DNA of 64,000 bases, taken from assembly GCA_046329175.1 (NCBI GenBank), contig JAXLVE010000003.1:18902-82901 (forward strand). Reading direction: 5' to 3'. The notes beneath the pieces are model-generated. The model was not told the origin of the DNA. It did no database searches and saw nothing but the letters and a program-made list of their open reading frames with translations. Positions 26,701 through 34,983 of the stretch are shown here, one piece after another. Positions within the stretch are counted from its first letter, which is position 1, and every line of letters begins with the position of its first letter. A program made the position numbers and the translations under genes. The stretch comes from Flavobacteriaceae bacterium. Its GTDB lineage: Bacteria > Bacteroidota > Bacteroidia > Flavobacteriales > Flavobacteriaceae.

Positions 26701-29700
26701 AACGGCAACGAGAACCGTAACCGTAACCGCGCCGGTATCTGCCGGAACTTTATCGGGAACGCAAAACATTTGTATTGGTGATTCGGTGACTTTTGGTTCT
26801 TCTGTTTCAGGCGGAACTTGGACGTCTTCTAATCCTGTAGTGGCAACCATAAATGCTTCAACCGGAGCCATTGTCGGTGTGTCTGCTGGAAGCGCCACCA
26901 TGACTTATACCGTTCTGGGTTCGGGTGGTTGTCCCAATGCAACGGCAACGAGAACCGTAACCGTAACTGCGCCGGTATCAGCCGGAACTCTATCCGGAAC
27001 TCAAAATATTTGCATCGGTGATTCAGTTACTTTTAGTTCTTCTGTTTTAGGCGGAACTTGGACTTCTTCCAATCCTGCGGTGGCAACCATCAATGCTGCT
27101 AGTGGAGCCATTGTTGGTGTGTCTGCCGGAACTGCGACCATGACCTATACTGTTCTGGGTTCGGGTGGATGTCCGAATGCTTCGGATGTTCGAACAGTAA
27201 ATGTTAATAGCATTCTATCACCGGTGATCAATTGCGGAACTTCGACCACTTCATCGGTTCAATTCACTTGGACGGCTGTTAGTGGTGCTACCGGATATAA
27301 TCTCACTTATCAAATCAATGCCGGAGCGGTGACTAATGTCGGGGCCATCGGAAATGTAACTTCCTATGCGTTCTCTTCTTTATCGCCGGGTGATGTCGTT
27401 AGCATAACACTCACCCCGACTGGGCCTGCGCCAAGTTGTTTCACTTCGAGTTCGCTTTCGTGTACAGCCAACAATTGCGTTTTGCCAACGGCTTCGATTG
27501 CTTATAGTGGAAGTCCGTTCTGCACAACTCTGTCTTCAGCTCAATCGGTAACTCTGAGCGGAACCGGAAGCTACACCGGAGGAACATTCTCTGCACCAGC
27601 AGGGCTTTCTATCAATGGTTCGAGTGGAGATATCACACCAAGCACTTCAACTCCGGGGCCGTATACGGTGACTTATACCATTTTGGGAACCGGCGGTTGT
27701 CCGAATGTGGTGGCTACGACTAGTGTAACCATTACCGCACCGGTATCAGCCGGAACACTCTCTGGAATACAAAATATTTGTATCGGAGATTCCGTCACTT
27801 TTGGCAGTACTATTTCAGGCGGAACTTGGACATCATCAAATCCTGCAGTGGCGACTATTAATGCTGCTAGTGGAGCCATTGTCGGCGTATCGGCCGGAAC
27901 TGCGACCATGACTTATACCGTTCTGGGTTCAGGCGGTTGTCCGAATGCGACAGCGACAAGAACGGTGACGGTGACAACGCCTGTTTCTGCAGGGACTTTA
28001 TCCGGAAGTCAATCCATTTGTATTGGTGATTCTGTCACTTTTGGAAGTTCTGTTTCAGGCGGAACTTGGACTTCTTCTAATCCTGCAGTGGCAACCATAA
28101 ATGCTTCAACTGGAGCCATTGTCGGTGTGTCTGCTGGAACAGCAACCATGACTTATACCGTTGTGGGTTCGGGTGGTTGTCCCAATGCAACGGCGACTAG
28201 AACTATAACCGTGACTGCGCCGGTATCAGCCGGAACTTTATCCGGAACTCAATCCATTTGTATCGGTGATTCAGTCACTTTTAGTAGTACTGTTTCAGGC
28301 GGAACTTGGACTTCTTCTAATCCTGCGGTGGCAACCATCAATACTGCTAGTGGAGCCATTGTTGGTGTGTCTGCCGGAACAGCGACCATGACCTATACTG
28401 TTCTCGGTTCGGGTGGATGTCCGAATGCTTCGGATGTCCGAACGATGACAGTGAATAGCATTCTATCGCCGGTAATCAATTGTGGAACTTCAACTACTTC
28501 ATCGGTTCAGTTCACTTGGGCTAGTGTTAGTGGGGCTATCGGATACAATCTCTCCTATCAAATCAACGCCGGAGCGGTGACTAATGTCGGGGCCATCGGA
28601 AATGTAACTTCTTATTTATTTTCTTCATTATCGCCGGGTGATGTCGTTAGCATAACTTTAATCCCGACTGGGCCTGCGCCAAGTTGCTTTGCATCGAGTT
28701 CACTTTCGTGTACAGCCAATAATTGCGTTTTGCCAACGGCTTCTATTGCTTATGCAGGAAGTCCGTTCTGCGCTTCTTTGACTTCTGCTCAAGCGGTAAC
28801 TCTAACCGGAACCGGAAGCTACACCGGAGGAACTTTCTCTGCGCCAGTAGGGCTTTCCATCAATAGTTCGAGTGGTGATATCACACCAAGCACTTCAACT
28901 CCGGGGCCGTATACGGTGACTTATACCATTTTGGGAACTGGCGGATGTCCGAATGTGGTGGCTACAACCAGTGTCATCATTACCGCGCCTGTGTCAGCCG
29001 GAACACTCTCTGGAATACAAAATATTTGTATTGGTGATTCTGTGCCTTTTTCTTCTTCTGTTTTGGGTGGAACTTGGACGTCTTCTAATCCTGCAGTGGC
29101 AACCATCAATGCTTCAACCGGAGCCATTGTCGGAGTATCTGCCGGAACAGCAACCATGACCTATACTGTTCTCGGTTCGGGTGGATGTCCCAATGCCACA
29201 GCGACTAGAACCGTAACCGTAACTGCTCCTGTGTCGGCCGGAACTTTATCCGGAACTCAATCCATTTGTATAGGGGATTCTGTGACTTTTAGTTCTTCTG
29301 TTTCAGGCGGAACTTGGACGTCTTCTAATCCTGCAGTGGCAACCATCAATGCTTCAACCGGATCCATTGTCGGGGTGTCGGCCGGAAGCGCCACCATGAC
29401 GTATACCGTTCTGGGTTCGGGTGGATGTCCTAATGCTTCGGATGTGCGAACAATTACCTTAACTGCGCCGGTATCAGCCGGAACTCTATCCGGAACTCAA
29501 AATATTTGCATTGGTGATTCAGTTACTTTTAGTTCTTCTGTTTCAGGCGGAACTTGGACGTCTTCTAATCCTGCTATTGCTACAATTAATGCTTCAACCG
29601 GAGCCATTGTCGGAGTATCGGCTGGAACAGCGACCATGACTTATACCGTTTTGGGTTCAGGTGGATGTCCCAATGCCACAGCGACTAGAACGATTACCGT

Positions 29701-32700
29701 AACTGCGCCTGTGTCAGCCGGAACTCTTTCCGGAACGCAATCCATTTGCGTTGGCGATTCAGTCACTTTTAGTTCTTCTGTTTCAGGCGGAACTTGGACT
29801 TCTTCTAATCCTGCAGTGGCAACCATAAATGCTTCAACTGGAGCCATTGTCGGAGTATCTGCCGGAACAGCAACCATGACGTATACCGTTTTGGGTTCAG
29901 GTGGTTGTCCGAATGCTTCGGATGTGCGAACTATAACAGTGACCGCACCGGTGTCTGCCGGAACTTTATCCGGAACTCAATCCATTTGTATAGGGGATTC
30001 TGTGACTTTTAGTTCTTCTGTTTCAGGCGGAACTTGGACGTCTTCTAATCCTGTAGTGGCAACCATCAATGCTTCAACCGGAGCCATTGTCGGTGTGTCT
30101 GCTGGAAGCGCCACCATGACTTATACCGTTCTGGGTTCGGGTGGTTGTCCCAATGCAACGGCAACGAGAACCGTAACCGTAACCGCGCCGGTATCTGCCG
30201 GAACTTTATCGGGAACGCAAAACATTTGTATTGGTGATTCGGTGACTTTTGGTTCTTCTGTTTCAGGCGGAACTTGGACTTCTTCTAATCCTGCGGTGGC
30301 AACCATCAATACTGCTAGTGGAGCCATTGTCGGCGTATCGGCCGGTAGTGCTACCATGACTTATACCGTTCTGGGTTCGGGTGGATGTCCGAATGCCTCG
30401 GCGACGAGAACCGTGACCGTAACCGCGCCGGTTTCTGCCGGAACTTTATCCGGAACTCAAAATATTTGCATTGGTGATTCCGTCACTTTTAGTAGTACCG
30501 TTTCAGGCGGAACTTGGACTTCTTCTAATCCTGCTATTGCTACAATTAATGCTTCAACCGGAGCCATTGTCGGAGTATCGGCTGGAACAGCGACCATGAC
30601 TTATACCGTTTTGGGTTCAGGTGGATGTCCCAATGCCACAGCGACTAGAACTATAACCGTAACTGCACCGGTTTCAGCCGGAACTTTATCCGGAACACAA
30701 AATATTTGTATCGGTGATTCAGTTACTTTTAGTTCTTCTGTTTCAGGTGGAACTTGGACTTCATCTAATCCTGCAATCGCGACCATTAATGCGGCTAGTG
30801 GAGCCATTGTTGGTGTGTCTGCCGGAGGTGCAACCATGACTTATACCGTTGCGGGTTCAGGTGGTTGTCCCAATGCAACAGCGACGCGAACTATAACCGT
30901 AACTGCGCCGGTATCAGCTGGAACTTTATCCGGAACACAAAATATTTGTATCGGCGATTCAGTCACTTTTTCTTCTTCGGTTTTAGGAGGAACTTGGATT
31001 TCATCGAATCCAGCGGTGGCAACCATCAATACTGCTAGTGGAGCGATTGTCGGGGTATCTGCCGGTAGTGCTACCATGACCTATACCGTTTTGGGTTCAG
31101 GCGGATGTCCCAATGCAACAGCGACTAGAACCGTGACCGTAACTGCGCCAGTCTCTGCCGGAACTTTATCCGGAACTCAAAATATTTGCATTGGTGATTC
31201 AGTTACTTTTAGTTCTTCTGTTTCAGGCGGAACTTGGACTTCTTCTAATACCGCCGTGGCGACTATTAATGCTTCAACCGGAGCCATTGTCGGAGTAACT
31301 GCTGGAACTGCCACCATGACGTATACCGTTCTGGGTTCGGGTGGATGTCCTAATGCTTCGGATGTGCGAACAATTACCGTAACTGCGCCGGTATCAGCCG
31401 GAACTTTATCCGGAACTCAAAATATTTGCATTGGTGATTCAGTTACTTTTAGTTCTTCTGTTTCAGGCGGAACTTGGACGTCTTCTAATCCTGCGGTGGC
31501 GACTATTAATGCTGCTAGTGGAGCAATCGTTGGCATTTCTGCCGGAACAGCGACCATGACCTATACTGTTCTGGGTTCGGGTGGATGTCCTAATGCTTCG
31601 GATGTGCGAACAATTACCGTAACTGCGCCGGTATCAGCCGGAACTCTATCCGGAACTCAAAATATTTGCATTGGTGATTCAGTTACTTTTAGTTCTTCTG
31701 TTTCAGGCGGAACTTGGACGTCTTCTAATCCTGCAGTGGCAACCATCAATGCTTCAACCGGAGCCATTGTCGGGGTGTCGGCCGGAACAGCAACCATGAC
31801 TTATACCGTTCTGGGTTCGGGTGGATGTCTGAATGCAACAGCAACGAGAACCGTAACCGTAACTGCTCCTGTGTCGGCCGGAACTTTATCCGGAACTCAA
31901 AATATTTGCATTGGTGATTCAGTTACTTTTAGTTCTTCTGTTTCAGGTGGAACTTGGACTTCTTCGAATCCTGCGGTGGCGACTATTAATGCTGCTAGTG
32001 GAGCAATCGTTGGCATTTCTGCCGGAACAGCGACCATGACCTATACTGTTCTGGGTTCGGGCGGTTGTCCGAATGCCACGGCGACGAGAACCGTGACCGT
32101 AACCGCGCCGGTTTCTGCTGGAACACTCTCTGGAACGCAGTCCGTTTGTATCGGAGATTCGGTCACTTTTAGTTCTTCTGTTTCAGGCGGAACTTGGACG
32201 TCTTCTAATCCTGCTATTGCTACAATTAATGCTTCAACCGGAGCCATTGTCGGAGTATCGGCTGGAACAGCGACCATGACTTATACCGTTTTGGGTTCAG
32301 GTGGATGTCCCAATGCCACAGCGACTAGAACTATAACCGTAACTGCACCGGTTTCAGCCGGAACTTTATCTGGAACTCAATCCATTTGTATTGGTGATTC
32401 CGTCCCTTTTGGTTCTTCTGTTTCAGGTGGAACTTGGACTTCATCTAATCCTGCAATCGCGACCATTAATGCGGCTAGTGGAGCCATTGTTGGTGTGTCT
32501 GCCGGAGGTGCAACCATGACTTATACCGTTGCGGGTTCAGGCGGATGTCCGAATGCCACAGCAACGCGGACTATAACCATAAAGCCATCTCCGCAAATAC
32601 TAAATCCAAGTACTTATTCAATTTGTACCGGCGAAAACATCACCATAAACCTCACTGCTAATATTCCGGGCACAACTTTTACATGGTTGGTGACGCAAAA

Positions 32701-33601
32701 CAATGTAAGTGGCGCGAACATCGGTTCCGGAAATACCATTTCAGCTACCCTAACCAACAATAATGGCAATGCCGGGTCAGTCGTTTATGGTGTGATTCCG
32801 ATGGCCAATGGCTGCGAGGGAAATCCGTTTTACATTACCGTGCGCGTCTGGCCATTGCCTAAACCACAGTTGAACGACGGTTTTGTGTGTCTGAACATTT
32901 TGACCAACCAAGCGGTGCAAAGCCATTTGTTGCAAACCGGATTAGATAATTCAAACTACACTTTTGATTGGTATTTTAACGGAACGCACATCAGCGGAGC
33001 CAACAGCAATAATTATGAAGCCGAGCAAGCCGGAACCTATTCAGTGGTTGCAACCAACGTTCATACGAATTGCGTTTCTGAGGAAGTATTTGCCACGGTC
33101 ACCTCATCGTATGTGGCCAATAGTTTTGTAGCCGAACCTAGCGAAGCTTTTGCCGACGCGCCATACATCATTGTGCATACTCCGGCAGGCACCGGTCCGT
33201 TTTTGTATCAATTGGATTTTGGACCGCTCCAAAATTCGAATACTTTTTACAATGTAAGCAGCGGTTTGCATACCATTCGCGTCAAAGATGAAGTAGGTTG
33301 TACGGATTTACTCGGGCAAGTTTGGATTTTGAATTACCCGAAATTCTTTACCCCGAACAACGATACCTATAACGACACATGGAATATTCCCGATTTGGCC
33401 AATCAGCAAAATGCGCACATTTACATTTTTGATCGATACGAAAAATTCATCAAAGAAATTAGTCCGCAAGGCGAAGGTTGGGATGGAACTCACAACGGAT
33501 ATCCGCTGCCTTCGACCGACTATTGGTTCTCGGTAGATTATACCGATCCGAACACGTTTGTACGCAGAAATTTTAAAGCGCATTTTTCTTTGAAACGCTA
33601 A
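23786..33601 (+). CDS. adhesin fragment 3: 29 Big_2-like units, 3.7 linker modules, PKD-like and Ig-like C-terminal domains, T9SS type-B sorting domain
   Basis: 3271 aa. This frame is open from 23663, so the called TTG start is internal to a domain. The C-terminus FFTPNNDTYNDTWNI...IYIFDRYEKFI...WDGTHNGYPLPSTDYWF matches the gliding-motility-associated/T9SS type-B CTD pattern. Confidence 0.85.
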   Translation: MPTASIAYSGSPFCTTLSSAQSVTLSGTGSYTGGTFSAPAGLSINGSSGDITPSTSTPGPYTVTYTILGTGGCPNVVATTSVIITAPVSAGTLSGTQSICVGDSVTFSSTVSGGTWTSSNPAVATINASTGAIVGVSAGTATMTYTVLGSGGCPNATATRTVTVTAPVSAGTLSGTQSICIGDSVTFSSTVSGGTWTSSNPAVATINASTGAIVGVSAGTATMTYTVLGSGGCPNATATRTITVTAPVVAGTLSGTQSICIGDSVTFSSTVSGGTWTSSNPAVATINASTGAIVGVSAGSATMTYTVVGSGGCPNATATRTITVTAPVSAGTLSGTQNICTGDSVTFGSSVLGGTWASSNPAVATINASTGAIVGVSAGTATMTYTVLGSGGCPNASDVRTMTVNSILSPVINCGTSTTSSVQFTWASVSGAIGYNLSYQINAGAVVSVGAIGNVTSYLFSSLSPGDVVSITLTPTGPAPSCFASSSLSCTANNCVLPTASIAYAGSPFCATLSSAQAVTLSGTGSYTGGTFSAPVGLSINSSSGDITPSTSTPGPYTVTYTILGTGGCPNVVATTSVSITAPVSAGTLSGTQSICVGDSVTFGSTVSGGTWTSSNPAVATINASTGAIVGVSAGTATMTYTVAGSGGCPNATATRTVTVTAPVSAGTLSGTQNICIGDSVTFSTTVSGGTWTSSNPAIATINAASGAIVGVSAGTATMTYTVLGSGGCLNATATRTVTVTAPVSAGTLSGTQSICIGDSVTFSSSVSGGTWTSSNPAVATINASTGAIVGVSAGSATMTYTVLGSGGCPNASDVRTITVTAPVSAGTLSGTQNICIGDSVTFSSSVSGGTWTSSNPVVATINASTGAIVGVSAGTATMTYTVAGSGGCPNATATRTVTVTAPVSAGTLSGTQNICIGDSVTFSSSVSGGTWTSSNPAVATINASTGAIVGVSAGTATMTYTVLGSGGCPNATATRTVTVTAPVSAGTLSGTQNICIGDSVTFGSSVSGGTWTSSNPVVATINASTGAIVGVSAGSATMTYTVLGSGGCPNATATRTVTVTAPVSAGTLSGTQNICIGDSVTFSSSVLGGTWTSSNPAVATINAASGAIVGVSAGTATMTYTVLGSGGCPNASDVRTVNVNSILSPVINCGTSTTSSVQFTWTAVSGATGYNLTYQINAGAVTNVGAIGNVTSYAFSSLSPGDVVSITLTPTGPAPSCFTSSSLSCTANNCVLPTASIAYSGSPFCTTLSSAQSVTLSGTGSYTGGTFSAPAGLSINGSSGDITPSTSTPGPYTVTYTILGTGGCPNVVATTSVTITAPVSAGTLSGIQNICIGDSVTFGSTISGGTWTSSNPAVATINAASGAIVGVSAGTATMTYTVLGSGGCPNATATRTVTVTTPVSAGTLSGSQSICIGDSVTFGSSVSGGTWTSSNPAVATINASTGAIVGVSAGTATMTYTVVGSGGCPNATATRTITVTAPVSAGTLSGTQSICIGDSVTFSSTVSGGTWTSSNPAVATINTASGAIVGVSAGTATMTYTVLGSGGCPNASDVRTMTVNSILSPVINCGTSTTSSVQFTWASVSGAIGYNLSYQINAGAVTNVGAIGNVTSYLFSSLSPGDVVSITLIPTGPAPSCFASSSLSCTANNCVLPTASIAYAGSPFCASLTSAQAVTLTGTGSYTGGTFSAPVGLSINSSSGDITPSTSTPGPYTVTYTILGTGGCPNVVATTSVIITAPVSAGTLSGIQNICIGDSVPFSSSVLGGTWTSSNPAVATINASTGAIVGVSAGTATMTYTVLGSGGCPNATATRTVTVTAPVSAGTLSGTQSICIGDSVTFSSSVSGGTWTSSNPAVATINASTGSIVGVSAGSATMTYTVLGSGGCPNASDVRTITLTAPVSAGTLSGTQNICIGDSVTFSSSVSGGTWTSSNPAIATINASTGAIVGVSAGTATMTYTVLGSGGCPNATATRTITVTAPVSAGTLSGTQSICVGDSVTFSSSVSGGTWTSSNPAVATINASTGAIVGVSAGTATMTYTVLGSGGCPNASDVRTITVTAPVSAGTLSGTQSICIGDSVTFSSSVSGGTWTSSNPVVATINASTGAIVGVSAGSATMTYTVLGSGGCPNATATRTVTVTAPVSAGTLSGTQNICIGDSVTFGSSVSGGTWTSSNPAVATINTASGAIVGVSAGSATMTYTVLGSGGCPNASATRTVTVTAPVSAGTLSGTQNICIGDSVTFSSTVSGGTWTSSNPAIATINASTGAIVGVSAGTATMTYTVLGSGGCPNATATRTITVTAPVSAGTLSGTQNICIGDSVTFSSSVSGGTWTSSNPAIATINAASGAIVGVSAGGATMTYTVAGSGGCPNATATRTITVTAPVSAGTLSGTQNICIGDSVTFSSSVLGGTWISSNPAVATINTASGAIVGVSAGSATMTYTVLGSGGCPNATATRTVTVTAPVSAGTLSGTQNICIGDSVTFSSSVSGGTWTSSNTAVATINASTGAIVGVTAGTATMTYTVLGSGGCPNASDVRTITVTAPVSAGTLSGTQNICIGDSVTFSSSVSGGTWTSSNPAVATINAASGAIVGISAGTATMTYTVLGSGGCPNASDVRTITVTAPVSAGTLSGTQNICIGDSVTFSSSVSGGTWTSSNPAVATINASTGAIVGVSAGTATMTYTVLGSGGCLNATATRTVTVTAPVSAGTLSGTQNICIGDSVTFSSSVSGGTWTSSNPAVATINAASGAIVGISAGTATMTYTVLGSGGCPNATATRTVTVTAPVSAGTLSGTQSVCIGDSVTFSSSVSGGTWTSSNPAIATINASTGAIVGVSAGTATMTYTVLGSGGCPNATATRTITVTAPVSAGTLSGTQSICIGDSVPFGSSVSGGTWTSSNPAIATINAASGAIVGVSAGGATMTYTVAGSGGCPNATATRTITIKPSPQILNPSTYSICTGENITINLTANIPGTTFTWLVTQNNVSGANIGSGNTISATLTNNNGNAGSVVYGVIPMANGCEGNPFYITVRVWPLPKPQLNDGFVCLNILTNQAVQSHLLQTGLDNSNYTFDWYFNGTHISGANSNNYEAEQAGTYSVVATNVHTNCVSEEVFATVTSSYVANSFVAEPSEAFADAPYIIVHTPAGTGPFLYQLDFGPLQNSNTFYNVSSGLHTIRVKDEVGCTDLLGQVWILNYPKFFTPNNDTYNDTWNIPDLANQQNAHIYIFDRYEKFIKEISPQGEGWDGTHNGYPLPSTDYWFSVDYTDPNTFVRRNFKAHFSLKR
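24041..24997 (+). repeat. Big_2-like 240-bp tandem units, run 2 (4 units)
   Basis: Unit starts (gcgcc(t/g)gt...) at 24041, 24281, 24521 and 24761. The last unit ends ...ASDVRTMTV before linker B1. Confidence 0.85.
25529..27205 (+). repeat. Big_2-like 240-bp tandem units, run 3 (7 units)
   Basis: 1677 nt, which is 7 x 240 minus 3. It is bounded by linker B1 (24998-25528) and linker A2 (27206-27736). Confidence 0.85.
27737..28453 (+). repeat. Big_2-like 240-bp tandem units, run 4 (3 units)
   Basis: 717 nt, which is 3 x 240 minus 3. It is bounded by linker A2 and linker B2 (28454-28984). Confidence 0.85.
28985..32584 (+). repeat. Big_2-like 240-bp tandem units, run 5 (15 units)
   Basis: 3600 nt, which is 15 x 240. 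Boundaries were checked at 29225, 29465 and 32345. The run ends where ...TRTITIKPSPQ begins. Confidence 0.85.
33328..33598 (+). other. T9SS type-B (gliding-motility-associated) C-terminal sorting domain of the giant adhesin
   Basis: LNYPKFFTPNNDTYNDTWNIPDL....IYIFDRYEKFIKEI.....GWDGTHNGYPLPSTDYWFSVDY... Confidence 0.75.
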
Positions 33602-33682
33602 GCCCGCGTGAGCGATGAACGCGGAAAGCCCGCAGCACAGTGAGGACTTGAAGCAAACAGCGCGACCCGTAGGGGCACGCCC
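33602..33682. repeat. REP-like structured intergenic repeat, subfamily B (divergent copy)
   Basis: The flanks cgcgtgagcgatgaacgcgg ... aacagcgcgacccgtaggggcacgccc are shared with 5181-5268 and 34984-35073, but the centre differs. It lies between convergent genes. Confidence 0.5.
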
Positions 33683-33723
33683 AAAAACAAAAAAGGCCCT
33701 TGAATAAGAGCCTGTATTTGAAG

Positions 33724-34959
33724 TTATTTTTTGAGTACTCCGAGCACCGTTCCTAGCAATACTTGAGCGCCGGTGGCCAAATCTTCGTAGGATGAATACT
33801 CGAGCGGATTGTGACTGATGCCGTCTTTGCAGCGTACGAAAATCATTCCGTAATCGCAGGCGTAGGACAAAGCAAGCGCATCGTGAAAAGGCCCGCTCAT
33901 GAGTTCGGGCGCATCTAAATTGAGTTTTTCGCACTCTGCATGAATGATTTTTTTGATCCAATCGGCGCAATAACGCGGCTCGCTGTTGGTGTCTTCAGAA
34001 ATAGAATATTCGAGTTTGTGTTTTTGACAGATGGCATCGATGCGATCGCGTAGTTGTTTTTCGTAGCGATTCCGACGATCTAGGTCAATGTCGCGCAAAT
34101 CAACGGTCATCTCAACTTCTTCGGCAATGATGTTGCGCGAAGCCGGAAAGACTTTCATGGTTCCCACGGTTCCCACAGTAGGATTGCCCGGAACTTGAGT
34201 TGCGATTTCATGCAAAGCGACAGTAATTTCAGCGGCACCCAACAGAGCATCGCGACGCATTGGCATTGGAACTGAGCCCGCGTGACCCGCCATTCCTTTG
34301 AGTTTGACCGTCCACCAAAGCGGACCGGAAATGCCCGAGACAACACCGATGGGTTTTTGGGCCACGTCTAGAACCGGACCTTGTTCGATGTGTAATTCGA
34401 GGAAGCAAAAAATACTGCCTTGCGGATACTCAGAGGCTTTGAATTGAGTGATGTCACAGCCAAAATCTTGGAGTGCTTGGGAGCGTGTGATGCCGTCTTT
34501 GTCAGCGCGGTTGAGTTCGCCTTCTTCGAGTTTGCCTAAAATACCGCGCGAACCAAAAAGGCCTTTGTTGAATCGCCAGCCTTCTTCGTCGGCGAAAGAA
34601 ATGACTTCGATGGAGCGCTCGGGTTGCAGACCGTTTTCGTGTAAAGTGCGGACTACTTCAATCGCGCACAACACGCCGGCAACTCCGTCAAAACGACCAC
34701 CATAGGGTTGTGAGTCAAGATGTGAGCCCATCATCAGTACAGGCAAGTCGGGATTTTTGCCTTCGAGTCTGCCGATTAAATTGCCGAAATTGTCGATGCG
34801 CACCGACATACCGGCTTGTTTCATCCAAGAACCGGCCAGTTCAAAACCTTGCTTTTCAAGCGCAGTGTGCGCCGGGCGACAGGTTCCGGTTTCGCCGATT
34901 TTGCCGATTTCGCTCATGGCTTCAAAATAACTTTGAAGACGGGAACTGTTTATTTTCAT
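33724..34959 (-). CDS. M20-family Zn-dependent amidohydrolase (N-carbamoyl-L-amino-acid / beta-ureidopropionate / allantoate amidohydrolase type)
   Basis: 411 aa. The motifs GSHLDSQPYGGRFDGVAGV and ..FADEEG.. are typical of the AmaB/AllC/PydC branch of peptidase family M20. Confidence 0.8.
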   Translation of the reverse strand: MKINSSRLQSYFEAMSEIGKIGETGTCRPAHTALEKQGFELAGSWMKQAGMSVRIDNFGNLIGRLEGKNPDLPVLMMGSHLDSQPYGGRFDGVAGVLCAIEVVRTLHENGLQPERSIEVISFADEEGWRFNKGLFGSRGILGKLEEGELNRADKDGITRSQALQDFGCDITQFKASEYPQGSIFCFLELHIEQGPVLDVAQKPIGVVSGISGPLWWTVKLKGMAGHAGSVPMPMRRDALLGAAEITVALHEIATQVPGNPTVGTVGTMKVFPASRNIIAEEVEMTVDLRDIDLDRRNRYEKQLRDRIDAICQKHKLEYSISEDTNSEPRYCADWIKKIIHAECEKLNLDAPELMSGPFHDALALSYACDYGMIFVRCKDGISHNPLEYSSYEDLATGAQVLLGTVLGVLKK

Positions 34960-34983
34960 AGAGTTATTGTTGTTTGATGAATG

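Larger units (their letters stand above)
20447..33601 (+). pseudogene. giant T9SS type-B adhesin-like gene (about 13.2 kb) interrupted by two frameshifts
   Basis: Three consecutive ORFs (20447-22840, 22849-23697, 23786-33601) encode the same repeat families. They are joined by correcting a net -16 nt lesion at 22810-22823 and a +1 C at 23666-23668. Only the first has a signal peptide and only the last has the CTD. Confidence 0.65.

Noticed and set aside
23977-32277. A recurring set of 78-aa minus-strand ORFs (MVAVPADTPTMAP...), one 126-aa ORF, and recurring plus-strand out-of-frame ORFs (for example 25497-25703 and 28953-29159) inside the adhesin array.
   Set aside because: They recur only because each 240-nt unit happens to carry a cat (ATG on the minus strand) and lacks stops in that frame. 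They lie entirely inside a much longer ORF with recognisable domains and have no start context of their own. They are antisense or off-frame artefacts of the repeat.
22568-32584. Regular 240-bp periodicity that could look like a CRISPR array or a satellite.
   Set aside because: There is no repeat/spacer alternation: the whole 240 nt is the repeat. The period is a multiple of 3, and a continuous ORF encodes an Ig-like domain per unit. No cas genes are present. This is a coding tandem repeat.
33308-33970. 220-aa minus-strand ORF spanning the adhesin 3' end, the REP-like element and the 3' end of the M20 hydrolase gene.
   Set aside because: It overlaps two well-supported genes and a repeat. Its Arg/Ser-rich, low-complexity translation is typical of a wrong-frame reading.
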